DNA from: Takakia lepidozioides
Taxonomy: Eukaryota; Plantae; Bryophyta
Reading direction: 5' to 3'
Length of the DNA: 64,000 bases
Assembly (NCBI GenBank): GCA_030704615.1
Contig: CM060734.1
Span: 11,284,001 to 11,348,000 of the forward strand
The notes under the pieces: model-generated
Told to the model about the DNA's origin: nothing
Seen by the model: only the letters and a program-made list of their open reading frames with translations
Databases searched by the model: none
Shown here: piece after piece, positions 27,643 to 38,277 of the stretch
Layout: each line of letters starts with the position of its first letter
How positions within the stretch are numbered: the first letter of the stretch is position 1
Made by a program: the position numbers and the translations under genes

Positions 27643-28741
27643 CTGCAACCCCCATGACATTCTTGTCAGTGTAACACTTCCCTCATCAATCAAAGTAGTG
27701 CACATCTGCGGTTTATCATTGCTTCAACCAACTCCAAAACCTCCCTTATATTCTGCATGGTTCAACATTATCCTAACTTGTTAACAACATCCACCAAGTG
27801 CGAAAATAATGTTACACACAATAACAGCACATCCCAGCCACTTCACAGAGAGATCTTTGATCCACTTGTAGACATCATGAAAGGCACACCTTTACTGAGG
27901 TTTGCTCTGAAATGTCTGCGCAATCTGTTAAGGAATACAACAGGGTAGAGAATAGGGGAAACACCTCCACCATCCACACCCAGTGCAGCAGGACAAAGGC
28001 CAGCAGCCACCGCAGCAGCAGAACCCCCTGATGACCCGCCCGAGCCCTTCTCCTTGTTATAAGGGTTACGTGTTGCCCTGCCACAGCCACACCAGACTTA
28101 CTCCAACTCTTGTATCACCTATGTATCACCTGATAATTCAAACACAACAAACCCATACTCAAACAGAAACATGAGAGCCACAGAAAGAGATGTAGCAAAT
28201 GGAATCACTGGGGTGCCTCCCCTTTCAACTACAGGATAAGGACAAAAGAGGACCTTCAGGAGAGTCTTGGTGCGCTCATCAGCTGTTGCATAGTTCACAC
28301 CTGCAAGCTCCGCTTTAGGCATAGCCATGAACCTCATAGAGGACCCACTATAATGCTGACAATACCATGAGGAAGGGAAATAGGTAACAGGAAAAACCAA
28401 CCACCTGACTCACGATCGAGCACTAGATGTACCGACTCCGCTGAGCACTGGACTCCTGAGCTCACAGAGACCATGGCCACTGTGGAAAAGCTCGCTGCCA
28501 TGGCCGATGACTTGAGGGGGGAAAATGCTTATGCTAGTTGCCTAACTTCGGCATCCAAGGTGCAAATTTTGAAGATTTCCGGCTAGATTTTTTGAGATTT
28601 TGTGTGATTTCGAGATTTGGTGACTTCTTAAAAAAAGATCTCGTTACAAGAATTTATGAATTATTTAATGTTGGACAGCATAGGCAGGTACGGAAAAAAT
28701 TAAATTAAATTTATTTTAGAAAAGAGAAACACTTGGGAGCT

Positions 28742-29251
28742 TGTAAACCCAGATTCTCGCCCACCCCGTTATTCCTCTTCCTCTACGGGTATTGAGTTAT
28801 CACGGGGATGTCTGCTCGGTAAAGCAGGCTAGCGAGATAGGCAGGATCCAACGGAGAGGAGTCAGAATCATTCACACAGTTTAACAGCACATCCTCACTC
28901 ACACCTTCTTCATCCAAAACTCACACACAGGTACATTAGGGTTTGCACACCAAAACGTACACCGCCGCCTTAAGTGTCGTGTTGATCTCTTTTATAAACG
29001 AAGGCCCACAATCTCATCTAACCAAGTGGCAAGCCCTGATTGTTTATTTGGATTTCATCTGGGTGTCTGTCCAGATAGGACGCCACCTCATTATATTTTA
29101 GAGATAAACTAGCTGTTAATATAAGACAATACTTAGTTTTAAAATAGATTATTTCCAGCTGGTTTCATCCAAGCCATTTTCCAACGGTCATCATCCAGCG
29201 TCTGTTCATCCACATGTCGAAAAGGTAGGTAGAAGGAATCTAGCCATTACA
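28742..29251 (-). mobile_element. LTR (~510 bp, TGTAA...TTACA), probable 3' LTR of the minus-strand gypsy element
   Basis: TG...CA termini with a 5-bp terminal inverted repeat. A near-identical reverse-complement copy lies at 31787-32284. Confidence 0.85.
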
Positions 29252-29529
29252 TATGTAAAGCCTCCTGGCACACAGAGAAGCGAACTCCAGCGAGCTATCG
29301 AACAAATAGTATGCTCAAGACAAGGAGCAGTGTCACTCAAGGTCACATCAAGATAGGATGAAAAAACCGCAACAAGGAAAACCTTGCTCTGCAATTTGAG
29401 CGAAGGGCAAAACCTTGTTGGGGAAAAACCCTATCTTGTGAGGTGTGCAACCTGGAGAACTACAAAGAGAAATGAGATAGATCCTAGGTAGGGAGCAGCT
29501 GAATAAAAGATAGTGTCATGAGTAAGTCT

Positions 29530-30916
29530 AGGTAGCAACAGAATCATAATCAAGCCGAGCACGCTTCTTTGGAGTTAAAACCACATGACGATTATCCACG
29601 TTGAGGCATGTCAAATCAAACTGCAGCTTAGAAAGGACAAGTTGAGAAACATGAATTGTCCCTACAATCTCCGCCGTAGAAGGATGCTGAGGAAGGAGAC
29701 GGTACTGTCGACCAGGCAGAATCGCATGAATCAGATAAGGCACATCGATCCGCATCTTGGATTTGGTGACCTGTTTGCCAGGCTGCAATCGACACAAACA
29801 GTCTAGCCTAGAGAAAAAATTTCAGAGTAAACAACCCTACGGTTATAATTTCTAGCATGAGCAACTTGAGAAAACTGAATGTTGTGTTTAGCAGTCTCTA
29901 ACAAACACAAACAATGAAAAGTGAGGTGAGTAAGAAAGTCTTCCCATATGATGGGCTCCTCAACCTGAGTTTGAAGCACAGGGACCTGAAGAGGGGTGCG
30001 AGCCTTGCGGCCATACAATAATTCAAAAGGGGAAAAGCGAGTGATGGCATGTACCGAGGTACTGTAGGCAAATATGAGAATGGGTAGAGTAACATCTCAT
30101 TCTTCAGTGAGAGCCCCATTCTTTTCTAACAACTGGCACATGGTTTTGTTGAACCTCTCTGTAAGCCCGTTGCACTGGGGGTTGTAGGGAGCAGTCAAAC
30201 AATGCTTGACATCTAAATTAAAGCACACAACATCCATCAGCAGGTTACAAAACTCAGTACCCTGATTGGTTAAAATTTCAAGGGGACAACCATGGCGTAG
30301 CAGGATTTCATCAAAGAAGAATTGAACCACCTCGTCACTGTCCTTAGCAACCAATGGTCGGATCTCAACCCACTAAGACAGGTAATCAGTAGCCACACCA
30401 ATGTAGCTATTGCCCTTAGTCGTAGTTTTGAGGGGTCCAACAAGATCAAGACCAACTCGGACAAACATCTCAGTCACCGGAATTGGTTGTAATTTTAAGA
30501 GGAGCTATGGTCCTAGGCAGCAGTGTTTTAGACTTACATGGAACACACTTAGAAATGAAATCTGCCACATCCTTAGTTAACCCCTTCCAATGGTACTTTT
30601 CCTGGAGTCGCTTGACAATTTTATCAACGCCTAGATGACCAGTATATAGTGAGCAATGGTAAAGCCCAAGCAATGCAGGCATAGAGCTCCTAGTAGGGAC
30701 CTCCACGGCAGTCTCTTGCCCATGAACATGAACTACCTTAAGCAACTTACCTTCATGCTCCCGATGAGAGGGGAGATGATAGTTGACTTGCCTGATGAGA
30801 CGGGAAGAGAGGCCCAATAGATGAGTGTTGGTCTTACACTTCTGGAGGAGGACTTGGTGAAGTAGGTCCTCCATGGTTGCAGCTGCCATAGCCAGCCCTT
30901 GGGTTAGTGTGAGCAT
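29530..30916 (-). mobile_element. Ty3/gypsy integrase fragment
   Basis: HHCC zinc finger (YHCSLYTGHLG..CVPC) and catalytic core GLDLVGPL..ATDYLS..ILTNQGTEF..APYNPQCNGLTERFNKT, with stops and frameshifts. Confidence 0.9.
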
Positions 30917-31218
30917 AACGGAGTGTCCGCCTCAGTGATCTCCAGGGGAAGGCTTTTAGCTCAACTGAATGACAAAGGAGACTTCATGAAGATGCAACCA
31001 AGGACAATGAAGCACAGAAGCAGATTTCCCTATGGAGAGGATTCAGTGCCAAAACCAGAACTAGAAGGAGAAATGTACAGTTCAATCAGAGAAGAGAGAG
31101 TGATATCATACCTAGAATATGACCGCAGTGACAGGACAGCACGCTAAACCAACCTCAACCAGCAGAAAATGAAAGCAAATCCCATTCAGACATAAGATCA
31201 GGGGGAAGAAAATGAATA

Positions 31219-31590
31219 GTGGCAAACAAAGCAAGTAAATCAGATCCGTTAGGAGAGGAAGAAGGTAATGTTGAAATATCCGAAGAATTTGATCCACGGA
31301 AAGACATTGAAGCAGGACATTTTGTGGGTGTGCATGTTGAGAACGAACAACTACAAAATGGTGTTCCATTTTGGGTGGGCAAAGTGTTGAACATAACGCG
31401 ACAAACGCATGATGATGGCAAAATCTATATTATGTGGTACTGGCCGAAAACACCCAAAAACATCCCAAAAAATGCAATTGTAGTGTCACTACAATACAAC
31501 AACTGTTTGTACAGAACTTGGGTACCAAGTGATGATGGTGAAGACGACATTCCAGTGGACTCTGTATTTATTGGCTCCTCCCTAAAGAAG
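31219..31590 (+). pseudogene. Fragment of an uncharacterised, probably TE-derived, beta-barrel-like domain
   Basis: GHFVGV..VPFWVGKVLNI..IYIMWYWP pattern is reminiscent of BAH/SH3-like folds. No start context or full gene is visible. Confidence 0.35.
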
Positions 31591-31786
31591 AGACTACCAT
31601 CACTATCAAAAATATGTCAACTCCCTGTTACACCCTCCCCATATAACGCCTGCCCTAAATGAACCTTTCCTCAGATTACACCCGGTCCTGCACTTCCCCA
31701 ATAAGACTTTTATGAAATTGCATATTCCATGTTATTAAGTAATTTGATAGTAAATTACCAAGGGGCCTGATTTGTGCGCTGTAGCT

Positions 31787-32284
31787 TGTAATGGCTAGAT
31801 TCATTCTACCTATCTTTTTGACATGTAGATGAACAGACGCTGGATGATGACCGTTGGAAAAGGGCTTGGATGAAACCAACTGGAAACAATCTATTTTTAA
31901 ACTAAGTATTGTCTTATATTAACAGCTAGTTTATCTCTAAAATAGAATGAGGTGGCGTCCTATCTGGACAGACACCCGGATGGAATCCAAATAAGCAATC
32001 AGGGCTTGCCACTTGGTTAGATGAGATTGTGGGCCTTCGTTTATAAAAGAGATCAACACGACGCTTAAGGCGGCGGTGTACGTTTGGTGTGTAAACCCTA
32101 GTGTACCTGTGTGTGAGTTTTGGATGAAGAAGGTGTGAGTGAGGATGTGCTGTTAAACTGTGTGAATGATTCTAACTCCTCTCCGTTGGATCCTGCCTAT
32201 CTCGCTAGCCTGCTTTACCGAGCACACATCCCCGTGATAGCTCAAGTAGAGGAAGAGGAATAACGGGGTGGGCGAGAATCTTGG
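31787..32284 (+). mobile_element. LTR copy (probable 5' LTR), lacking its last few bases
   Basis: Starts TGTAATGGCTAG and is the reverse complement of 28742-29251. Ends just before a G homopolymer. Confidence 0.85.
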
Positions 32285-32719
32285 TGGAGAAGGGGGGGGG
32301 GGGGGGGGGGGGGCAGGATTTTGTTAATCATTAGCTGCACATTCCTTCCTTGTACGTCAAGTAGTTGTACGCTGACACTGTTACCATGGCGGCGCTCTAC
32401 TGTTTCAGTTCTCGCTCGTGTTTTTGCTTGCTCCTGGCTTTCACAGTATCTGCTTGCGTTTCTGTAACCTGCGGCAATGGCCTCGTCTTCTAATCCTCCA
32501 ACTGACGCTGAGCTTAACGCGTACAAAGAAACTCCCGCTGGTTATTTTGAGTCGATTTTTGCCAGCATCGTGCGTGCTTCGGTTGATCCTAGCCTGGTGG
32601 TTGAAGTTGATTATCCGCCTCTTGGTGCTCCGGTTGAACGCCCTGAATTGGTCCTCGACATGCCTTCTGATCACTGGGTGGCTCAGTTTGAGTTGACCGC
32701 TGCGTTGGAGGGTCTGAAG

Positions 32720-33560
32720 CCCACCCACACTCCTTATATTTGGTAGCCAGGAATTGAAGGAGACCTCTATAGATAAGGCCTAGCCGGCCAGGGTCATTGC
32801 TCAAGGGCTTCTTGAAGTTGCTTGCCCAGGGTGCGGGCATAGGAGGTAAGTAGCAAGATAGTACCTATGCCAAAGTTGTCGGTGGGGAGCTGGGTAAGAG
32901 CATTGGGGGTGCTGGTGGGTAGGCCGCAAATGCGTTTAGTGAGTTGGATGAAGAGGGAGAGTTTGGGACGGATGGATACCGGGGATTTGAGGAGGGCCGT
33001 ACTTCTGTCAATCAATTTAGCGATTGTAGTGGATTTTTGTAGGTGCCAAGTAAGGGAGGGGACTAGTTGTATGCCTAGGTAGGTGTAGGGTTCGTCAGGG
33101 CCTAAGAAGGGGAAATTTTTGTTTTGGTAGTGGATATACAATTTGCAATGTGAGGCTGTCGTGGCTTTGGTGAGTTTGCTATGATGGGTAGCTGCGGTGA
33201 CAGCACATTTGTGGAGGCTGAGCTCCATGCCAGACCATTGATTAAATCTAAATAGTTTGTATGCTTGTCAGTTGATATGTTGAGGGGTGTGGGCAAGGAT
33301 GGCAAGGTCATCTGCGTAGGCCGCCGCAAAGATGGTATTGTTAGAGGTTTTATAGCGGTAGCCTATCTTACCTCGGTCGATCCATCTAAGAAGGGGCTCT
33401 AGGAAGATGATGAATAGGTAAGGGCTGAGGGTATCTCCTTGGATAGTGCCTCGCAAAATTGGGATAGGGGGAGTGGAACCGTAGTATGAGCCAGAATATT
33501 CTATGGAGCTGTCGGTATAGATGTTGTCGATGAGTTGTATAGTGTCAGTGGGATAGCCTG
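32720..33560 (-). mobile_element. LINE reverse transcriptase fragment, same family as the 3731-13358 element
   Basis: GYPTDTIQLIDNIY..YYGSTPPIPILRGTIQGDTLSPYLFIIFLEPLLRW..AYADDL..KCAV..PYTYLGIQL. It overlaps and closely resembles the 13230-13358 translation. Confidence 0.88.
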
Positions 33561-34169
33561 TCGAGCGGCTTTTACTCACCCATCCCTTCGCTATCCGAGG
33601 TGGAAACTCCAAGATAGAAGAGTTGGATATCTCTAAGCACTCAGCCCGCTCAAAACAATCAGTCATGACCTGCAACTAGTGAATCATGGTTGTGCTTCCT
33701 ATTTGTATTCCTTCATGCCTTCATGTTATCAATTTACCTTACCGTGTATACTGAAGCATCAGATTGCTTCAGTATCTACTAAGTTCCAGTTAATCATGCA
33801 TTCATTCCACAGCTTCTCTTGTGTCTCTCTACACAGTATGTTTGTAACGATTCAGTATCGGATTAAGATTAATCATGTATCGTGCCTATGCCATGGTGTC
33901 TCTATTCTATCCTACTGTATAATTCTACAGCTTGCATGAACTAAGCCTCATTCAAGTCATCATCTCCTCTTCACTGTTTCCCGCTCTCCGTTATGTTTTC
34001 TTCCTCCTTTCCACAAGTCGCCCTCTCCCAGAAGTGATCCCCTTCCTGTTGCCGCTCTCCTAATCTACCCGCAAACTGTTCTAACCACCTAATTAACTAA
34101 CCGTCACCCCTAAAGTAACACGTTCCCTCTGCAGATGTCGTTCCCTGTCAATGATAATTGTTCCTCATG

Positions 34170-34392
34170 TACTGTGACAGGCTGTGTCAAGCTGTGCCGA
34201 GCTATGACTGGCTGTGTAAAGCTGTGTCGGGCTGTGACTGGCTGTGCGAAGCTGTGTTGGCTGTGTGAAGCTGTGTCGGGCTGTGACTGGCTGTGCAAAG
34301 CTTTGTCGGGCTGTGACTGGCTGTGTAAAGCTGTGTCGGGCTATGATTGGCTGTGCGAAGCTGTGTCGGGCTGTGACTGGCTGTGTGAAGCT
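34170..34392. repeat. Minisatellite, 30-bp unit built from 10-bp subunits
   Basis: ctgtgtcggg-ctgtgactgg-ctgtgtgaag repeated about 7 times. Confidence 0.9.
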
Positions 34393-34394
34393 AG

Positions 34395-37300
34395 CGACCA
34401 CACATTCGACCAGTGGCTACACAAAGCAACCTTCTGAAGCCAGGTAAGGCATTCACAAAACCCTTTTCAAATGATTGTGCACATTCGTACTCTCTCCCAA
34501 ATTCTTATGATTTTTCTTGCTGCAGTTGGAAAAACGAGCAGTGGCTGCACTTGGGGAGTCAATGGCAGACTACAAAATCCAGATGGCTTGCCCCCGGATC
34601 ACACTGGAGGCCTATATCAGGAGGTGGAAGCTCGTTGTCTGGAACAACTGCTTCTTCAGGGAGTTTGAGGGAGACAAATGAATCTCCAGATCCTACGAAT
34701 TCAAAAACCAGTACAACAGCGAGCAAGCAATGAAACGAGTGTTGTACAGGTGTGACCTCCAAGAAACAAATGTGGTATTAGAAGTGTATGTTTCAGTATT
34801 TTTGTGTCGTGTTTTCTATGGAGAATTACGAATATGCAGGTTTTGAGGGAGGTCTGAGGGCTCTGGACATGCAGCCGAGCAACATTGCGTTAACGCAAGC
34901 TTGTATCCCGGCTGCCACGCCAGTGTCTTGATCTTCATGTACATGTGGTTTTGGTTTCACTTTCCTATACCTGGGGGATCCAATGATGTCGTTTTCTGCA
35001 TGTTAAAGGGCAAAAACCGCAAGGCAAATCAACCTTGCGTCAACGCAAGGTTGATGAAGGGCCAGGCTATGTAGGTCTTCCTGTATTCTTGGGCTATTGT
35101 TTGCTGTCGTTTCCAGTTCCGCTGCTGCCAGGATGAACATAAAGTCTGTTTGGAGCTGACACTGTACCACCAAACAGCCTTGCGTTGACGTAACGTTGTT
35201 TGACGGTATAGATTGCTAGAAATGTCCCGCAGAAATAGCCCGATTTCCATACAATTGTAGGAAAGTTAAAGTTATCAAATACCATGGACAGGTTTTACCA
35301 GCAGAGGTATTCAACCTTGCGTCAACGCAAGGTTGAATATCCATACAAACAGATCTTCGGATGGTTGTTTTCTAGCACTGTTTTTCATTTCTTTTGTTCA
35401 TGAAAACAACCTTGCGTTGACGCAATGTTGAATTCCGCTTGTCAAACACTGTCTTTTTTCATGCAACATTATCATACGTGGATCCGCCAATCTACTTTGC
35501 GTCAACGCAAGGTTGATTGGGGATTCCATGTTGTGCATGCGATGGGTTAGGATAATGGGCTTTCCCTCTCGTAAGTGCTCGTTGAAAGTGCACTTCAGCA
35601 GGTTTGGTGTTTTTCTTTTCAGCTCGAATCAACATTGCGTCAACGCAAGGTTTTTTCTGGCTGATAAATGTTAATTTCGACGAGTTATTGATCTGCATTC
35701 CAATACCCTTCTCGTGAGGTGTGACCTATGTGCTGTTCAGATCGAATGACTGTTTGGGTTTTGGGTGTGAGTGATTCAGGTACATGTATCATGTCCTCAT
35801 ACCGGGAAAGTACCGTAGCGATGACCCTGACTTCATCTACTCATGGGCTGACCCCTCCAACGACAAGACAATGTACACAGCTGGTATTGCCAGAGACTGG
35901 AGCAGGGCGCACTTCAGAGACTGTGGGTGGTACCTCGATTTGCCAAAACAGGACACACCATTCGATGAAGTGGTTTTGAGAAACCTTAACGACAACGCCG
36001 CGGCACTTGCCCCGCTTGCTGACAAAGACATTCAGGACAGAATCATTCAAGCTTTGGCTGCAAAAGAGCCTGAGAAATCTGCTACTCCAAAACGGAAGGG
36101 GAAGATTGCCGGGGATCCGAAGGGGAAGGGGAAGAGTGCAGCTCCGCAAGAACAGGGCCCGTCAGAGGTCACCGAAAGACACCCTTCTCCAACTAGGAGG
36201 GATAGGAGAACAACAAAGTCGAGGGAGCAACCTTATGAGGCGAGAGAACATCCATCCAGGGTTTTGGGCCAGTTCCATCGTAAGGTGGTGAATGAAAGTT
36301 TTCTGGCAATGATGGAATCCAGGAAGTCCACATTCAAAGGGGTACCGTTGAAATCATGGGACATGCTTATTTCGTTCCTTACTCAAGTAAGCACATATGT
36401 CTTAACTGTGGTATGAATGATTTTGTTTTGGCAACTTGTTCTGGATTGTCAACGAGATTGATTTCGTGTTGAATTTGGATTAGGCTTGTGACACTGTCTC
36501 TTGTTTTTTGTTACAGGTCACAAAAGGCCAGATTGGGTGAATGGAGTTCAGCAGGCATACGCCACCGACCTTGTGGTGTTGGACATTCCTGACGGTTTGC
36601 CTGTCCCTGATGTGTTGCCTTCCAATACAACCCCCACTTGGAACAAATCGGATTCTCGTTACTGGCAGTGGGCTTTCTCATTCAGCAACAAATTCCTTTC
36701 TGACTCGGGCTTTTCTTCTCATGCAGTCAAAGGACATGTCGGCACAGAGAACTCTTTTCAGCTACATGAAAGCTTCCGGGTTTCGTGTCATCAAAACTTG
36801 GACATGCATCAACACTCTACTTCTTACAAAGGGCGAGTTCCCAGGGCAAAAAGTGAGTTCGTTCCTTTGAATTAAAGTTTCGTGGTTCTTCAGAAAGTGT
36901 CAAAAGTAGGTTGTGTCTTTTTGCTCATGCTCTCTTTGTGATTTTTGGCAGACTTGGGTGTTCGAAGCTTTGTGCCTGGTGAGGGTGCGGAAGGACACTC
37001 TTCCTCCTGGTATTGCTGAGTTCCAGTTGAGGGACCTTGCAGCTCACATTGACCCCACCTGCGAGCCTGTGGAGGATGATGTAATCTTCAATTACGTGGA
37101 CTCGGGTCGAACTACAAAAAGGTCGACTGGTGTCCCTTGGAGAGGTGCCCGGGAGAAATCCCCAGCTTTCATGCAGACTTTGGTGGAGACATGCAGCCGT
37201 CACGGTGGATGAGTGGTTGACATGTCTATTGGCACAGGTGGGGCCCTGAACTCTGTATTTGAAATATGGGCAGTGGGCTTAGGGAAGCCTGTTTTAATTT

Positions 37301-37892
37301 CTCGTCTTCGATTTGCAGGAGCATCTTTTCATACGTGCAAAAGCGCTGGAAGGCACTTCTTCGGCATGGAGGCTGATACGGAGCTCTTCTCAAGCGAGCT
37401 TCATCAGCTTGAATCGGACACTACTTCTGCCCCATCCACAGAGGCACTTCTGGAGGAGCCCGAAGCGCCTGAGGAGGATCTCGACGTGGACTCCGATTTT
37501 GAGTGTGAGTAAGTTCAGCTCTTGTCGTGCAATATATGTTGCATTTCCTTGTGTCATTCCCGTTTGACAGATAGTTGCTTACATTGTCTATTTCTGCATG
37601 ATGACATCTACCGCCATTCCTCTTCTTGCTTTCCAGAGTTCGGCACCAGTCATCGAATCAGCAGACACCTTTCGGTTTCCAAGGATACTACATGACCCCA
37701 AGTCCCCCTAGAGCTTACCGCTTGCCGGTTTACGCGGAAGCATTCGCACGGGTGTTGTCCCAACAAACAATGTATTCGCCTCTCCATGGGGGTCATGGAA
37801 GAAAAAAACGTCGCGGATGGGCTGCTGTGTTCATAGATGATATTGCTGCAGACTCTGGAAGTGGTTCTTTTGAAACCTCCAGTAGTTCGTGA
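34395..37892 (+). pseudogene. Spliced gene encoding a beta-class N4C/N6A DNA methyltransferase-like domain (copy 1), decayed and 5' truncated
   Basis: GT-AG introns at ~34444-34525, 34750-35779, 36387-36516, 36853-36951, 37238-37318 and 37509-37636. Motifs DLVVLDIPDG, PTWN, FLSDSG, REKSPAFMQTLVETCSRHGG*VVDMSIGTG|ASFHTCKSAGRHFFGMEAD. Several stops and frameshifts. Confidence 0.7.
34880..35653. repeat. Seven spaced 24-bp palindromes (caaccttgcgtcaacgcaaggttg) in the largest intron of MTase-like copy 1
   Basis: Copies start at 34880, 35030, 35175, 35312, 35407, 35492 and 35630, with non-repetitive spacers. Confidence 0.9.
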
Positions 37893-38277
37893 GGTTCATG
37901 TACAGAGGCTTAATAAATTGTGTTTTGGTGTTGCAAACATTGCCAAACTGTTTTTCAAGTTCTTCGCGCGTTCCCGAAAGTACAGTTAGGGATTGCCTGA
38001 GGTAGGTCTTGAGATTCCAGCATTGGAAAATGTTTGTGGGTTGGAATGAATGAATTACTTTGCAAAAAAAGGCTTTGCTGTTAATATTCAATTCTCTAGC
38101 GGACGATCTCCTCATTCCAAAATCATGTCCTCCATCCTAAACCATCCACAAACCTTCCATTGTTCCTCGGCCGTAAAGAATATTAATGTGGGGGCGATGA
38201 AGAGGGTTCAAAAAATAAGGACATAGGCGACAATCGATCCGCGGAAATAGGGGGGGGGGGGCACGGAATTAGGGCCT

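Noticed and set aside
28742-32284. DIRS-like or foldback element with genuine inverted terminal repeats
   Set aside because: The internal gene is a DDE integrase, the repeats have LTR-type TG...CA ends, and the flanks reconstruct an ordinary LTR insertion site.
34880-35653. CRISPR array (palindromic repeats with unique spacers)
   Set aside because: Spacers are 60-125 bp and variable, repeats are degenerate and in mixed orientation, the array lies in a spliceosomal intron, and no cas genes are present.
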